Translations under genes and position numbers: made by a program
NCBI RefSeq assembly: GCF_000142905.1
Contig: NW_013657644.1
Location: 1,163-65,162, forward strand
DNA from: Thecamonas trahens ATCC 50062
Taxonomy: Eukaryota; Protista; Apusomonadida
Length of the DNA stretch: 64,000 bases
Direction of reading: 5' to 3'
The notes under the pieces: generated by a model
Seen by the model: only the letters and a program-made list of their open reading frames with translations
Database searches by the model: none
What the model was told of the DNA's origin: nothing
Part shown: positions 1 through 10,594 of the stretch, piece by piece
Position numbering within the stretch: the first letter of the stretch is position 1
Layout: every line of letters begins with the position of its first letter

Positions 1-265
1 TATCAATCCTCAAGCTCAATCGCCATACCCACCACCCTGTCGCTCATTCCGCCACCCACGTCACGACCCCCCTCATCCCCCCTACCATACTCATTACGCC
101 CCATCACCATCAACCACCACCCTCTCCCCCTACTCCACGCCCATCAATCCCATCGCAGCTACAGCCACCACCCCCATACTATGGCGATACCCACCACCAT
201 CGCATCGCGCACACCGCTTCCTCTGCCTGCTCCACCTCCTCCTCTCCCCGCTCTAGCTCAACCCC

Positions 266-1719
266 ATGCGCGTCGCGCCTGCCCACACGCACCCTCCTCG
301 TCACCTCCATCCGCTACCTCTAGTCCGCCACAGCGGCCACCACCAGCCTTTGTACATCACAGGAACCTCCGACACAGCCACTGGTCATCCCCTCTTCGCT
401 CTCATTGCTGGAGTTGGGTGTCCAGGCAGCTTGAAGGTCGGCACAAACACCCCTCCCCAACTCGAGGGCCATGCCCACCCTACCCACGCACCTGGCCCTC
501 ACCGGACAACCGCCACCGACCCGCCTCACCCGCGCCGTCGTCACCGACGCCGTACCAGACACTCCCCCTCCTCGTTCCCTTCCTGGCCCTCCCCTTCCGC
601 CGCAACGCCGCCTGGGCCATACCCCGCCTCCGTCGGCTGCCTCACGCCTTGCCACCAAGGCCCGAACTTCGGTCACTCTAGCCGCTCTCTCCCGCGCGTC
701 AGAGTGGGCGGCTGCTCCGGTCCCAGTCAAGAAGCCACGCTCGCTGCCTACCTATCCGCCCGACTCGTTGCCGCCACGCCGCCGCATCCCGTCACCGCCA
801 CGCACACCCCCGCGCAAGCTGCTCGGCTCCCACCCCTCCACCGCAAGTTGTTGACGAGCTTGTTCACGCCCCTCTCACGGTTGATGTTCACGACGCCGAT
901 GCAACTGCTATCCTCCATCATACCTCTTCCTCTGTACACGGACGCGATCTGCTGACCACTGCCAGCCGCGATCTGCGGGTTGCTGCTGCTGCTGCCGCCC
1001 GCGCCGACGAGCGCCAGCGTCGCATCGAGTTCAAGGAGTCCCAGGCCCGTGCCCGCGAGTCCCAGCGTGTTGCTGCGGCTACTGAAGCCGAGCGTCGCCG
1101 CGCTGAAGTCGCTGCTCAAAAGGCTGCTCACGCCCGTGCTCTTGAAGCTGCCCGCACCGCTGTCCTTGCCGAACGCGAGGCCAAGGCCGGCAGCCCACGC
1201 GAGCGCGCTGCCCGTGATGCGCTCCTACGTGCCATGAAGAACGACGAACAAGCCGCAGTCCGTGCCCACGTCCGTGCTCTCCGCCGCACCCGCTCCCACA
1301 TGCATGATGCTGCACGCCGCCGCAAGGTCTGGTCTGCCGACGAGGCCCGTCGCCACGCCCGCATGTCGTCGAGCCTCAAGCGCCGCCTCGCCCAACACGA
1401 CGCCCTTCTCCTTGACCTTGCACCGCTTGAGCCGCGCCCAGTCACCGCCTCTGCCGACGCCCGACGCCCAGGCTCGCATCTAGTTCGCATGCCTACCCCA
1501 CCGTCTCCGGTCATCGACTCTTCAGTCCGCCGCGGCACCGTCTCCGCTTTGGCTGGCATGGCCGGCATCGCGCCCTCGGTCGTCTCCCAGCTCGCCGAAG
1601 ATCTCATCCGCGAGCGTGGCGGTGGCGCTCTTCCCCGCGCCACAATGTCCCCGCACCCAGACTCGCCCGCTGCTCACATCACCGTCCGTGTCCCGTCAAT
1701 CCCCACCGCCTCGCCGTAG
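266..1719 (+). CDS. Hypothetical Pro-rich/coiled-coil protein, probably one gene with a -1 frameshift at the C4 run 833-836
   Basis: ATG at 266 (frame 2). From 841 a different frame reads a protein-like helical segment (PQVVDELV...ERQRRIEFKESQARARE) continuous with the 1234..1719 ORF. One extra C joins the two frames. Confidence 0.45.
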
Positions 1720-1866
1720 CGCTCGCTCCAAATCCGCCTGCCTGCCTGCTCCCCATCTTGGCGCCAACTTTGCCCACCCGACTCCACCCGCCTACCTAGC
1801 CACCCACCCCGAACCCACATACCCACCCACCCACCCACTCACCCACACATTCCACACGCATTGGCC

Positions 1867-2580
1867 ATGTCCGCGCCGCCTTCACCCACTCCTGCCCCCG
1901 CCCCCACGCCACACCCCTTGCCGCCGCCGTCGTCGGCGCTTGTCCACTTTGAGGCCGTCCGCCACCACACCGGCCCGCTCCCCTACCACCCGCACGCATC
2001 TAGCCTCGGCCCGGAGCCGCCTGCGTTGCATTCCCTCCCGGCCCCAGCTGCGGCGGCTCTGTCGGCCGCCCGCACCTCATCCGCAGCCGCCCGCCGCTCC
2101 GCGCAGCCCATCAAGCTTGCCCGCGTCCCGCACCCTGCATCCCGCCGCGCCAACCTTGTCCTCAACCCCATCGGCAGCATTCCGGACCACCCTGCTGCCG
2201 AGTCCCTAGCCCGCCCGGCTCCGGCCACAGCCACTGCTCGGCTGGAGGCAAAGCTCAAGGCGGCGCGCGCTGCTCCCGAGCGCAAGCCGCTCTCGGACGC
2301 GGACGCCATCGCCATCAACGCACAGGCCGCCAATGTTCTCAATGCTCCTCGCGACCAAGAGCTCTACCCTGATCTCATCCGTCGCGTTGATCCCGTTGCC
2401 AAGCTCAAGCGGACACGCATGCACCTCGACGAAAACTGGCTCCGCACCCGCTCATCCAAGCCGAGCCTTGATCGCATCCCGAGCGCCGTTGGCTCCTTCC
2501 GCCACGACTCTGTTGACGTTTCGTCACCGCCACCGCCCATCCGCTCGGTTCTTGACGCCACCATTCCCTTTGTAGTCTAA
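1867..2580 (+). CDS. Hypothetical protein
   Basis: ATG at 1867, 237 codons, GC3-biased codons, no recognisable domain. Confidence 0.55.
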   Translation: MSAPPSPTPAPAPTPHPLPPPSSALVHFEAVRHHTGPLPYHPHASSLGPEPPALHSLPAPAAAALSAARTSSAAARRSAQPIKLARVPHPASRRANLVLNPIGSIPDHPAAESLARPAPATATARLEAKLKAARAAPERKPLSDADAIAINAQAANVLNAPRDQELYPDLIRRVDPVAKLKRTRMHLDENWLRTRSSKPSLDRIPSAVGSFRHDSVDVSSPPPPIRSVLDATIPFVV

Positions 2581-3006
2581 TCATCGCCCTCCCCACCTCG
2601 TTTCTGCCCACTTCCAGCGCCCTATCGCCCCATCTCTCCTGTATCGAGAAAAATGCGCCAACCACCGCGCCAACCCGTGCCACCGCCTTCCTCCAACCGC
2701 CACCCTCACCACCTCCTTCTCCCCCCTCACCACACCAAACCGCCCCCCCCCCCCAGCCACCACACTTCACCCGCTCATCACTCCCTTCGTTCCCCTTCTT
2801 CCACCCCTGCAGGCCCTGGTACGCCCCCGCCCATGTCTATTCCGCAACCGCTCCTCGTCCGAAACCGCGCATGTGTTCATGACTGTATTCACCACTGCTA
2901 CCCCACCGCCCTCCCCTTCCTCCCCCTCCCCCCCCCCCACCACACACCGCGAAGCCGCGCTCACTCTCTCTCACTCACTCCCACACACCTCCACAGACCT
3001 CGCAGA

Positions 3007-3971
3007 ATGAAGTTTCTCGTCTCTCGGTCGCTGGAGGAACTCAATCTTGTCTTCTCCGGCTTGTCGTCGCAAGGCATTCTCGGCCGCATCGAAAACTACT
3101 CATGCAAGCCGTCCGGACGGGACAAGCGGATGGAGAAGAACCTCGACGCCCGTATCCGCTCGGAGATTGCGTCGTCACCAGAGATGACCTCGCTAACTGC
3201 TTCGGCTGCCAGCGGGAGCAGTTCTAGCGTCGGCCAGCTGCTGCCACCCATTGCATCCGCCTCCACCGCGTCTGGAGCCGCCGTGCCGAGCCAGGCTGAT
3301 CTGGAGCGGCTGGCGGCCGAGGCGGCCGCCGGCACCTCGGTCGCCTCGAGCTCAAGCCAGCTCTCGGTTGGCTCACCGTCCACCCTCTCGCGCTCGCCCA
3401 CAACACCCTACACAGAGGCATTTCGCTACGACATCTCAGACTCGCCCTTTGGCTCGCTCATCGAGCCCGCCAACCGCATGACCATGATTCACCTCATCGA
3501 GGTTCTCAACATGTCGTTTACTGACTACGACTTTTCCGGCCTCCGCGCAAACTCATTCGAGCGCCTGCGCCTCGCCGAGGCACTCTCTCGCCTCGACGCC
3601 ACCCTCGCCCCGCTCTTTCCCTCCTACCACATGACCCTCAAGCCGCGCCTCTGGAAGACCATGGAGCAGGAGATCGAGCCGTCGGCCTGCGATGTCTACG
3701 CCTACCTTCCCGACGAGGCCTACTCCTCGCTCTTTGTTGATGCCCTCTGGTCGGCGAATCTTTTTTCTACAACCCCAAGCTCCGCCGCATCATGTTCATC
3801 TTCATCATGGCCTCGCCCACCGTCTTCCCCAACTCGGACGACATCATCTCCATGTTCAATCTCAACGGCGTCGTCTCTATGGGCGGCGACGGCATGTCCG
3901 ACATGATGGTCCACGGCGAGCTCGAGCCGGATGACGACATCCGCGGCATGGACATCGAGGACATGATGTGA
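3007..3971 (+). CDS. MAF1: Repressor of RNA polymerase III transcription Maf1 (frameshift at T6 3761-3766)
   Basis: MKFL...GRIENYSCK, SPFGSL, LNMSFTDYDFS and CDVYAYLPD motifs. Adding one T restores LWSANLFFYNPKLRRIMF and an acidic tail ending at TGA 3969-3971. Probable 5'UTR intron 2819-2996 (GTACGC...CACAG). Confidence 0.92.
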
Positions 3972-4124
3972 CTGCACCCTCAGCTTCTCGGTCCTGCTCC
4001 CTCGTAAACTGTAACTCTCTCGCCTGCTGCCAAAACTCACGCACTCTGCCGACGCCCAATCACCGTTCAAAATCCTCACCACCTCTCCCCACCTCCCCTT
4101 CTCCACGAACACAACTCCAGGGGC

Positions 4125-6332
4125 ATGGCCACGGCCACCCTGTACCCCCCGTTCAAGTCGCTCTCTGCTGCTCTCCGCCACGTCGCAAGCACACCCTCTG
4201 CCCTTGCCGACTGGCATGCCCACGCCTCGGCCGCCCCGCCCTCCTCGCTGCCCTCGCCGCTGTGGGATGAAGGCAAACTAGTTTTTGTGTCTGCTCTCGC
4301 CACTGCCACTGCCGCCGCTGACCCTGCCGCTGCGCTTGCTGTCCTCAAGCTTTTGCTGCAGCTCGACGCCGATCCCCTCGACCCGAACATGGACTTACCG
4401 GGCTTTATTGCTTCGCTTGATCCCTCGCACTCGCCCTCCACTCCTCCAGAGCTCGCTCAGTGGCCGCCTTCGCTCCTTGCCCTCGTCGCAAGTCGCGTCA
4501 GCCCGGCTCTCGTGCCGCTTGTCAGGGCTCTGCTAGACGCCGGCGCCAGCCCGGACGGCGCTATCACCGTCTACCCCGACGACGACGGCCCGCCTGCACC
4601 GTCACTTCCCAACGCGCCAACACCCCTCATGTTTGCGCTGAGCGCAGCTCCAAGCCCCGGCTGGGACCAGGTACGTCCCTCCCCCTCCCCCTCCCCCTTC
4701 CCTCCCCTCCCCCTTCCCTCCCCTCCCCCATCCCTTCACCAGAGAGAATGACGACACCTTTGTCAATCCATTCTATGAGCAGAGTGCCTCTCCGCGGCAC
4801 CCGCTGCCAATGCGACGGCGTGTTCACGTGCAATGTCGCAATCTTCGGATCGCGCGCACGGGCCGGCGGCCCACCTGCGTTTTGCAGGTTGGGTCGCCGT
4901 GCTCTCGCGTCGCCGCGGCTTCGGGCGCGCCCAGTACCGCGCCGGGCCCTGGGCAACCTCCACGGCGGACGTACATTAGATTGACAACGCGTCTGAGGCC
5001 TGCTGACAAAATGGCCGCAGCCGTCCGGCCGGTTCAAGTCTCTTTGGCTGCCATGGCCCTTGTGTGTTGGGCTCTCGGGCACGTAGGTGCATAGCGCCGT
5101 CTACAAGTTGGGTTGGGCTGGTGCCAGCCGTCGCTCTGCGGCGGCTCGGATGGTCCTCCTTCTCTTGTACACGGCACTGTCGCCCTGCTGCCCGCCGCCT
5201 GGCCGGTGATGGCTGCCACAGATCTTGACCCGGCCCCCAGTGCGACTGTGGCTGTCGGCAGTGCCGAGCTGCGTCTCTTCATAGCGTCCGTCCGAGGCGC
5301 GCCCTTGGTCATTTCTGCAGACGATCATAATCGACCCTCTGACTCTCTGTCTTCTATTGCCTCGTGCGCCTCCCCTTTCTCTCTCTCTCTCTCTCTTCTA
5401 CTCACCCGTGATGGCTGTTTTAGACTGCCCGTCTCCTCCTTGCACGTGGCGCTTCGCCGTCTCGGTCGTTTCGGTCCATTACTGCGCTGCACATGCTCAT
5501 CGAGCGCTGGGCGCCGTCTGTACTGCCTGCGACCGACGACGCTGATGCCGACGACCTTTTGGACAACGATAGCGCTCATGCATACCCGGCTCCGTCGTCC
5601 ATTCCTCCCTTTGCTGACCTCGCCGCCGAGCTCCTCGCCGCCGACCGCAATCGTACCTTTACTGCAGACTCTCGCGGTCACCTTGCCTACCATCGCGCGC
5701 TGACCTGCCTCCCAGCACATGACATCGAATCGCTCTTTGCTCCCCTCGTCGGTGAGTGGACCATGGTACGTGGCAAGGTTAGCGACCCGCAGCCGTTTGT
5801 CCTCACTTCCCCCACTCTCGATGGCCAGTCGCCGGTTGTCCTCCTTGCCGGCCGGCCGCCTGAGCTCTGCGGAGACCAGCTTCAGATCCTGCTCGATCCT
5901 TCCGGTCCTTTTAACCTCGCCTCGTGCGCAACACCGGAAGCTCTTGTTGCTGCTGTCTCGACCTCGCGTCTTGACCTTGTCGAGCTTCTCCTAGCTCACG
6001 CACCTACGTGCGCATGTCGTGCTAGCCCTGACGCCGCACCGTACATTCTTGCTCGCGCCGTCGCCGCTCGCTCGCTCCTCGCGCACGCCGACGATGATGC
6101 AGCCGGCATCGTCGCTGCTCTCGAGACCCACTGCTCGTCATCTGCGTGCCCCTTGCGCGGCCAGCTCTCGGCCGCCTATGCATGCGGCGGCTGCGGCGCC
6201 GTCTTTTACTGCTCGGAGCACTGTCAACGCTCCGACTTTGACGACGGCCATGCCGTTGCATGCAGCAAGCTAGCTGCCGCCATGGCCGCCTCCCGCGCCG
6301 AGGCCACGCCTGCATCCTGCACCCTCCAGTGA
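4125..6332 (+). CDS. Ankyrin-repeat + MYND zinc finger protein; exons 4125-4670 and 5424-6332
   Basis: The GTACGT...TAG intron 4671-5423 joins in phase to give TPLMFAL...GWDQ|TARLLLARGASP...TALHML (ankyrin). C-terminal CGGCGAVFYCSEHCQRSDFDDGHAVAC is a MYND finger. Confidence 0.85.
4740..5349 (+). ncRNA. Large (~610 nt) intronic box C/D RNA of unknown family
   Basis: Terminal stem CAGAGAG (4740-4746)/CTCTCTG (5343-5349), box C ATGACGA (4748-4754) and box D CTGA (5339-5342) in exact K-turn register. Extensive internal helices and two cUUCGg loops. Ends 74 nt upstream of the 3' splice site. Confidence 0.78.
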
Positions 6333-6361
6333 ACACACACACCTCCTTTGCTGCCACCTGC

Positions 6362-7420
6362 TCACCGCTTGAAAAATGACAACACAGCCGACGCCGAGTT
6401 GACCGAGCTGTAGCCCATGTCCCCGCTGCGGAATGCCGCCACCCGCTTGGCCGCCATCTTCTTACCGAGCGTAAAGAGCAGCGTCGGCGCGTACTGCGCC
6501 ACGTAGGTAAAGAGCAGCACAGGGTGCTGGGAAATCCAGGACTCGTGAATGCGCGCGCCAAGGGCTGCCGCATACAGCTCAGCACATCGTCGGGTCGACA
6601 TCTTGTGTGCTTTCATCGGCTCGGCTGCGGCCTCACCCACCCGCCCACCGACCTCGGCCGTGAACGCGTTGGCTGCGCCCTCGGACACAACCGGGCCTGG
6701 ACACACAATACAAGTGTCGATGCCGCGCTCGCCTACCTCGGCTCCCAACGAGCCCATCCACCCGTTGAGGGCGTGCTTGGTCATGGCATACGAGCCGGAC
6801 ACCGGCGTCGGAAGCTTGCCGGCCACCGATGAAGTCACCGCCACCAGTCCGTCACCAGCCTCCAGCATCGACGGAAGCACGGCTTTGGTCACCGAAATGG
6901 TCCCCAGCACATTGACCTTGAACATGGCCTCGTCAATCTCGACGGGTGTCTCCTCCACCAGCGCCCGCTGCGACCGTCCGGCGTTGTTGACCAGGATTTC
7001 AATACGACCACCGAGCGCGGCGGCCGCCGTCGCCGCCGCCGTCTCGTGCGAGCTAGTCTCCAGCAAGTCGAGCGGGACAGCGACCATTCGTCCCGGAAGA
7101 TGCACCGCCTCGGCAGCAAGCTCCTGTAGCTTCTTCTCTGATCGCGCCGAAATCGCTACATCAGCTCCATGCTCTGCGAGCACAATCGCCAGCTCGCGAC
7201 CGATGCCCGACGAGGCACCCGTCAGCCACACCCGCTTGCCAGCCACCGCCGCGCGCAGCCCAGCGCCCGAGTCGGCCGCCACCAGCCGGCCCCATGCCGA
7301 GAGCGTCGCCAAGTCACAGTCAGCTCGCACAAGCCGCACAGCTTGCCACACTAGCCAGGCCGTGACTGCCACAGCAAGTATCCCAGGCGCCCAGCACCAA
7401 GCGGAGCAGCTGGGCCACAT
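6362..7420 (-). CDS. DHRS7-like short-chain dehydrogenase/reductase with N-terminal membrane anchor
   Basis: VWLTGASSGIG, NNAGRSQR, YAMTK (YxxxK), CPGPV motifs. First plausible ATG at 7420 precedes a hydrophobic segment and RADCDL. Confidence 0.88.
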   Translation of the reverse strand: MWPSCSAWCWAPGILAVAVTAWLVWQAVRLVRADCDLATLSAWGRLVAADSGAGLRAAVAGKRVWLTGASSGIGRELAIVLAEHGADVAISARSEKKLQELAAEAVHLPGRMVAVPLDLLETSSHETAAATAAAALGGRIEILVNNAGRSQRALVEETPVEIDEAMFKVNVLGTISVTKAVLPSMLEAGDGLVAVTSSVAGKLPTPVSGSYAMTKHALNGWMGSLGAEVGERGIDTCIVCPGPVVSEGAANAFTAEVGGRVGEAAAEPMKAHKMSTRRCAELYAAALGARIHESWISQHPVLLFTYVAQYAPTLLFTLGKKMAAKRVAAFRSGDMGYSSVNSASAVLSFFKR

Positions 7421-7463
7421 GTCGTCGGCGAGTCGAGTCGTGCCGCCCGACCGTGCAACGTGT

Positions 7464-9925
7464 TTACAGCTCGCCGCTACCATCATACGTTTCGCCCGTG
7501 CCCAGCTCGCCATGGTCGCTCGGGTCAGCAGCATCGCCACTTACCTCGGTGCGCTCGTCAGAGCTCTGGATAAGCATGTCGTCGGCAATGACAGCGTCAG
7601 GCAGCCCGTCGTCCGCATCGGCGCTGTCGCTGGCATGTGAGCCCGCTTCGGAATCGGAGATGAGCCGCTCGTGCCCGGTTCGCGAAACAGGAGCCCCAAC
7701 GAGCGACAAGAGGCCCAACACCTTTGCACGACGGTAGACCCAAGCGCCGCCGATGGCGAGAGTGATGACAGCGATGCCGAGAACAATGAAGAGTGGCGCC
7801 CGCGATGCGCCCGGGCTGCCAGAAATTTCGTTTCCACACCACTTGCGAGACGGCGCAAACGGGTCGTCGGCGCCATCGATGCACGAGTCCCCGGCCACCC
7901 GACGGTACCCGCGGGTGATGCGGTAGTAGCCGTCAGCCGGACACTCACCCCGTTCTGTGTCGTCCGGAGCGTCTTTGCCAGACTTGAGCACGCACGCCGC
8001 GTCGGGATCGTCCTGGCTCTCGCGGACATACCCGACGTCGCACTCCCAGTCGGCTGCTGTACACATGCAGTGGTCTGCATCGGGACCGTCGTGACTCTCC
8101 AGCGGGACGCACAACGCGTCGGGCTTGCGCCGCCGATACGTGTTCTCACGCCCAAGCACGCATCCATAGCCAGGGCTCCAGCTCTCGTACTGCGAGGGGA
8201 TACAGACCGGCGGGAGTGACGGCGGCACTACGTCGACGCGGACGAGGCCGACCCCACCAAACGACTCGGTCTCGAGCATCCAGCTGTAGCGTGTTGAGCT
8301 CGCAGACTTGTCGTCGATGACCGAAACGTCGGTGACACCTACAACACGAACGTTCGAGCCGTCGTCACTGAGCGCGACGGCAGAGAACGCAGCGCCGGTA
8401 ACATGGCGCACGCCGACAAATTGGGTCTGCTCACGCGGGACACGTAGGACGGCACCGCCGTCGCGGGCCATCCAGAATCCGACGTCTTCGTTGCCGCTGA
8501 GCAGCTCCCAGCTAGCTCCAGCGTCGGATGAGAACGCTGCTGCGCCTTCGGCGCCATCCAGAGCACCGGCGGCATACACGATACCGGGCGCGGACAAGGC
8601 GTAAGCCAGGCAGCCGCGAGCACCCAGATCAATCGCAAACGGACACCCCCCGCGCCAACAAGAGCACACGGCAGCGGTGCGTCGTGCGCATCGCGCTGGG
8701 GACCCGTCAGCGGCTGCCAGCTCCCGCCGGCATCGGTCGAAACAAGGGTGGTGATCACCAGCGGTGCGTTGGCTCCAGCAAACGGATTGTCGACAACGTT
8801 GGCGGCAAGCACGCCCTCTACTGATGCGAGCGGGCCAAACGCTGGCCCAATGTCGTTCTCGTGGACGTGCTCAAGCATGAGCGCAAACGAAACGCCATCG
8901 GCGCTTGAGGTGTACAGGTGGCCCCACGATGCGTGCTCCGCGATGTGAAGGACAACAGCGTCAGTACCGTCGTCGAGGAACTGATGCGCACGCTCCTCGA
9001 GCGTGAGTGAGTTGGGAAGCTTGACTCGGTTGAACTCCTTGCCGTCGGACGAGACAGTGAGATGGACGGCAGCACCATCGTCCTCGAGCGTCTCGACATA
9101 AACAAATGAGGGTGCCACTAGCTCAAAAGCGGCACCGCCACGGACTTCGCCAATGATCGGAACAGCGAGAATGCTGGTCGGAGCCTCGTCAATCCGGGCT
9201 GCGCGTCCGGCGTTGAGCACACCGAAGAACATGTCGAGCGAGTAGTCAACGTCGAGCTGCGAGTCTTCCGAGGCGCGAGCAGACCACTTGACGACAAGTA
9301 CAGCATCATCGCTGACCGCTGATACCTTGAGCTGAGCAGCCCAGCCGTGCTGGACAACATAGTCTGCGATGAGCGACCACGACGCGCCGTAGTCCTTGGT
9401 CATGCCGAGGACGCGGAAGCAGCGGAAGCGCGGCTTGTCGAGGCAGCCGTCCGAGGCAAACCGCGCCAGCCACCAGCCGTTCTGGTGCGGATGGAAGGAA
9501 ACCAGGTCCGATGCCCGTGCCACCGGGACTCGCGCCACGTCCACCGCCAGCGGCGTTGACATCGGTTGCCAGCTGGCGCCGCCGTCCTTGGACACAAAGT
9601 GGACCTTGCCCATTCCGCCCCCGACCGCCACCACCACATCACCGTGGGAATAGACCTCCGCCACCAGCGAGTCCTCTGCTCCAGACGGAAGCTTAACCTC
9701 AACCGGCGCCTCGCCCATGCCTCCGGACCGCATCACCCGGCCATCAGCAAGCACAGCGAGGAACCAGCCTCCCGGGCCGGAAGCGGTGTCGACGACCTGT
9801 GACGGGACGTGGGCAATGGTTGCCTCGGCCGCTGACACCGCCAGCGGTACGTGGAGGGAGGTAAGCGCAACGAGTGTGACGAGGAGCCAAACACGGGGCA
9901 CGTGGGGGTGGCTGAGCGTGTGCAT
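7464..9925 (-). CDS. VPS10: VPS10/sortilin-family sorting receptor (frameshift at 8646-8651)
   Basis: Signal peptide, Asp-box repeats (SKDGGASW, TKDYGASW, STDAGGSW), 10CC module (GCVLGRENTYRRRKP...CTAADWECDVGY...GYRRVAGDSC), TM helix and acidic tail. One extra G in the G6 run joins the two ORFs. Confidence 0.88.
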
Positions 9926-10034
9926 GGCCTCGAGAGAGCTATACGTTGGTATCGCTCGTCGGTCCGGACCGAAAAGGCAACAAGACGCCACGTGACTGGT
10001 CGGCGGCGGCTGGTATCGTGTACATGCTGATGAT

Positions 10035-10548
10035 TTACGCCTCCTCCCAAACATACTCGTAGGTGACTTCCTTCGAGACGGCGACAGACTTGTTCTTCTT
10101 GCCCCTCTTGGACTTCTTGCCCTTGATGACCTCTTCCTCGTAGACGTACTCGTATTCGACAACCGCCGACTTGCCCCCGACAGGCACGTCCTCGTAGACG
10201 TACTCGTAGTCGCCAGCTGCGCTACGCCCGCCCATGCCGAGACTCTTGGCAGGGACATGCTCGTAAACATACTCGTACTCTACGGTGGCGGCGGCACCAT
10301 GTCGGCGGCCCCTGCCGCGTCCGCGTGTCGACGACTGGGTGACATCGTAGTCCTCCGAAGACTTACTCGCCTCCGAGGACGACGAGACTCCAGGCCCATC
10401 TGCAGCTGCAGCCGAAGCCGAAGCCCTCAACGGCACCGGCGACGACGACGATGAGGACGACGACGTTGATAACGAAGCCACAGATGACGTTGATGACGAA
10501 GCCACAGACGACGACGATGACGACATCTCATCCGACGACGACGACGAC

Positions 10549-10594
<46 letters not shown>

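Noticed and set aside
679-681. TAG readthrough or alternative genetic code joining ORF 181-681 to the downstream frame
   Set aside because: TAG, TAA and TGA all terminate conserved genes in this window; a single-base indel explains the locus more simply.
4740-5349. Calling the large C/D RNA a TTAGGG telomerase RNA or U3
   Set aside because: The sense strand has no CCCUAA/CUAAC template. The U3-like GGTCATTTCT lies near the 3' end rather than in a 5' domain. Kept only as an open hypothesis.
4460-5703. ORFs overlapping the ankyrin-MYND intron
   Set aside because: No domain signal; in-phase splicing across 4671-5423 rebuilds an ankyrin repeat.
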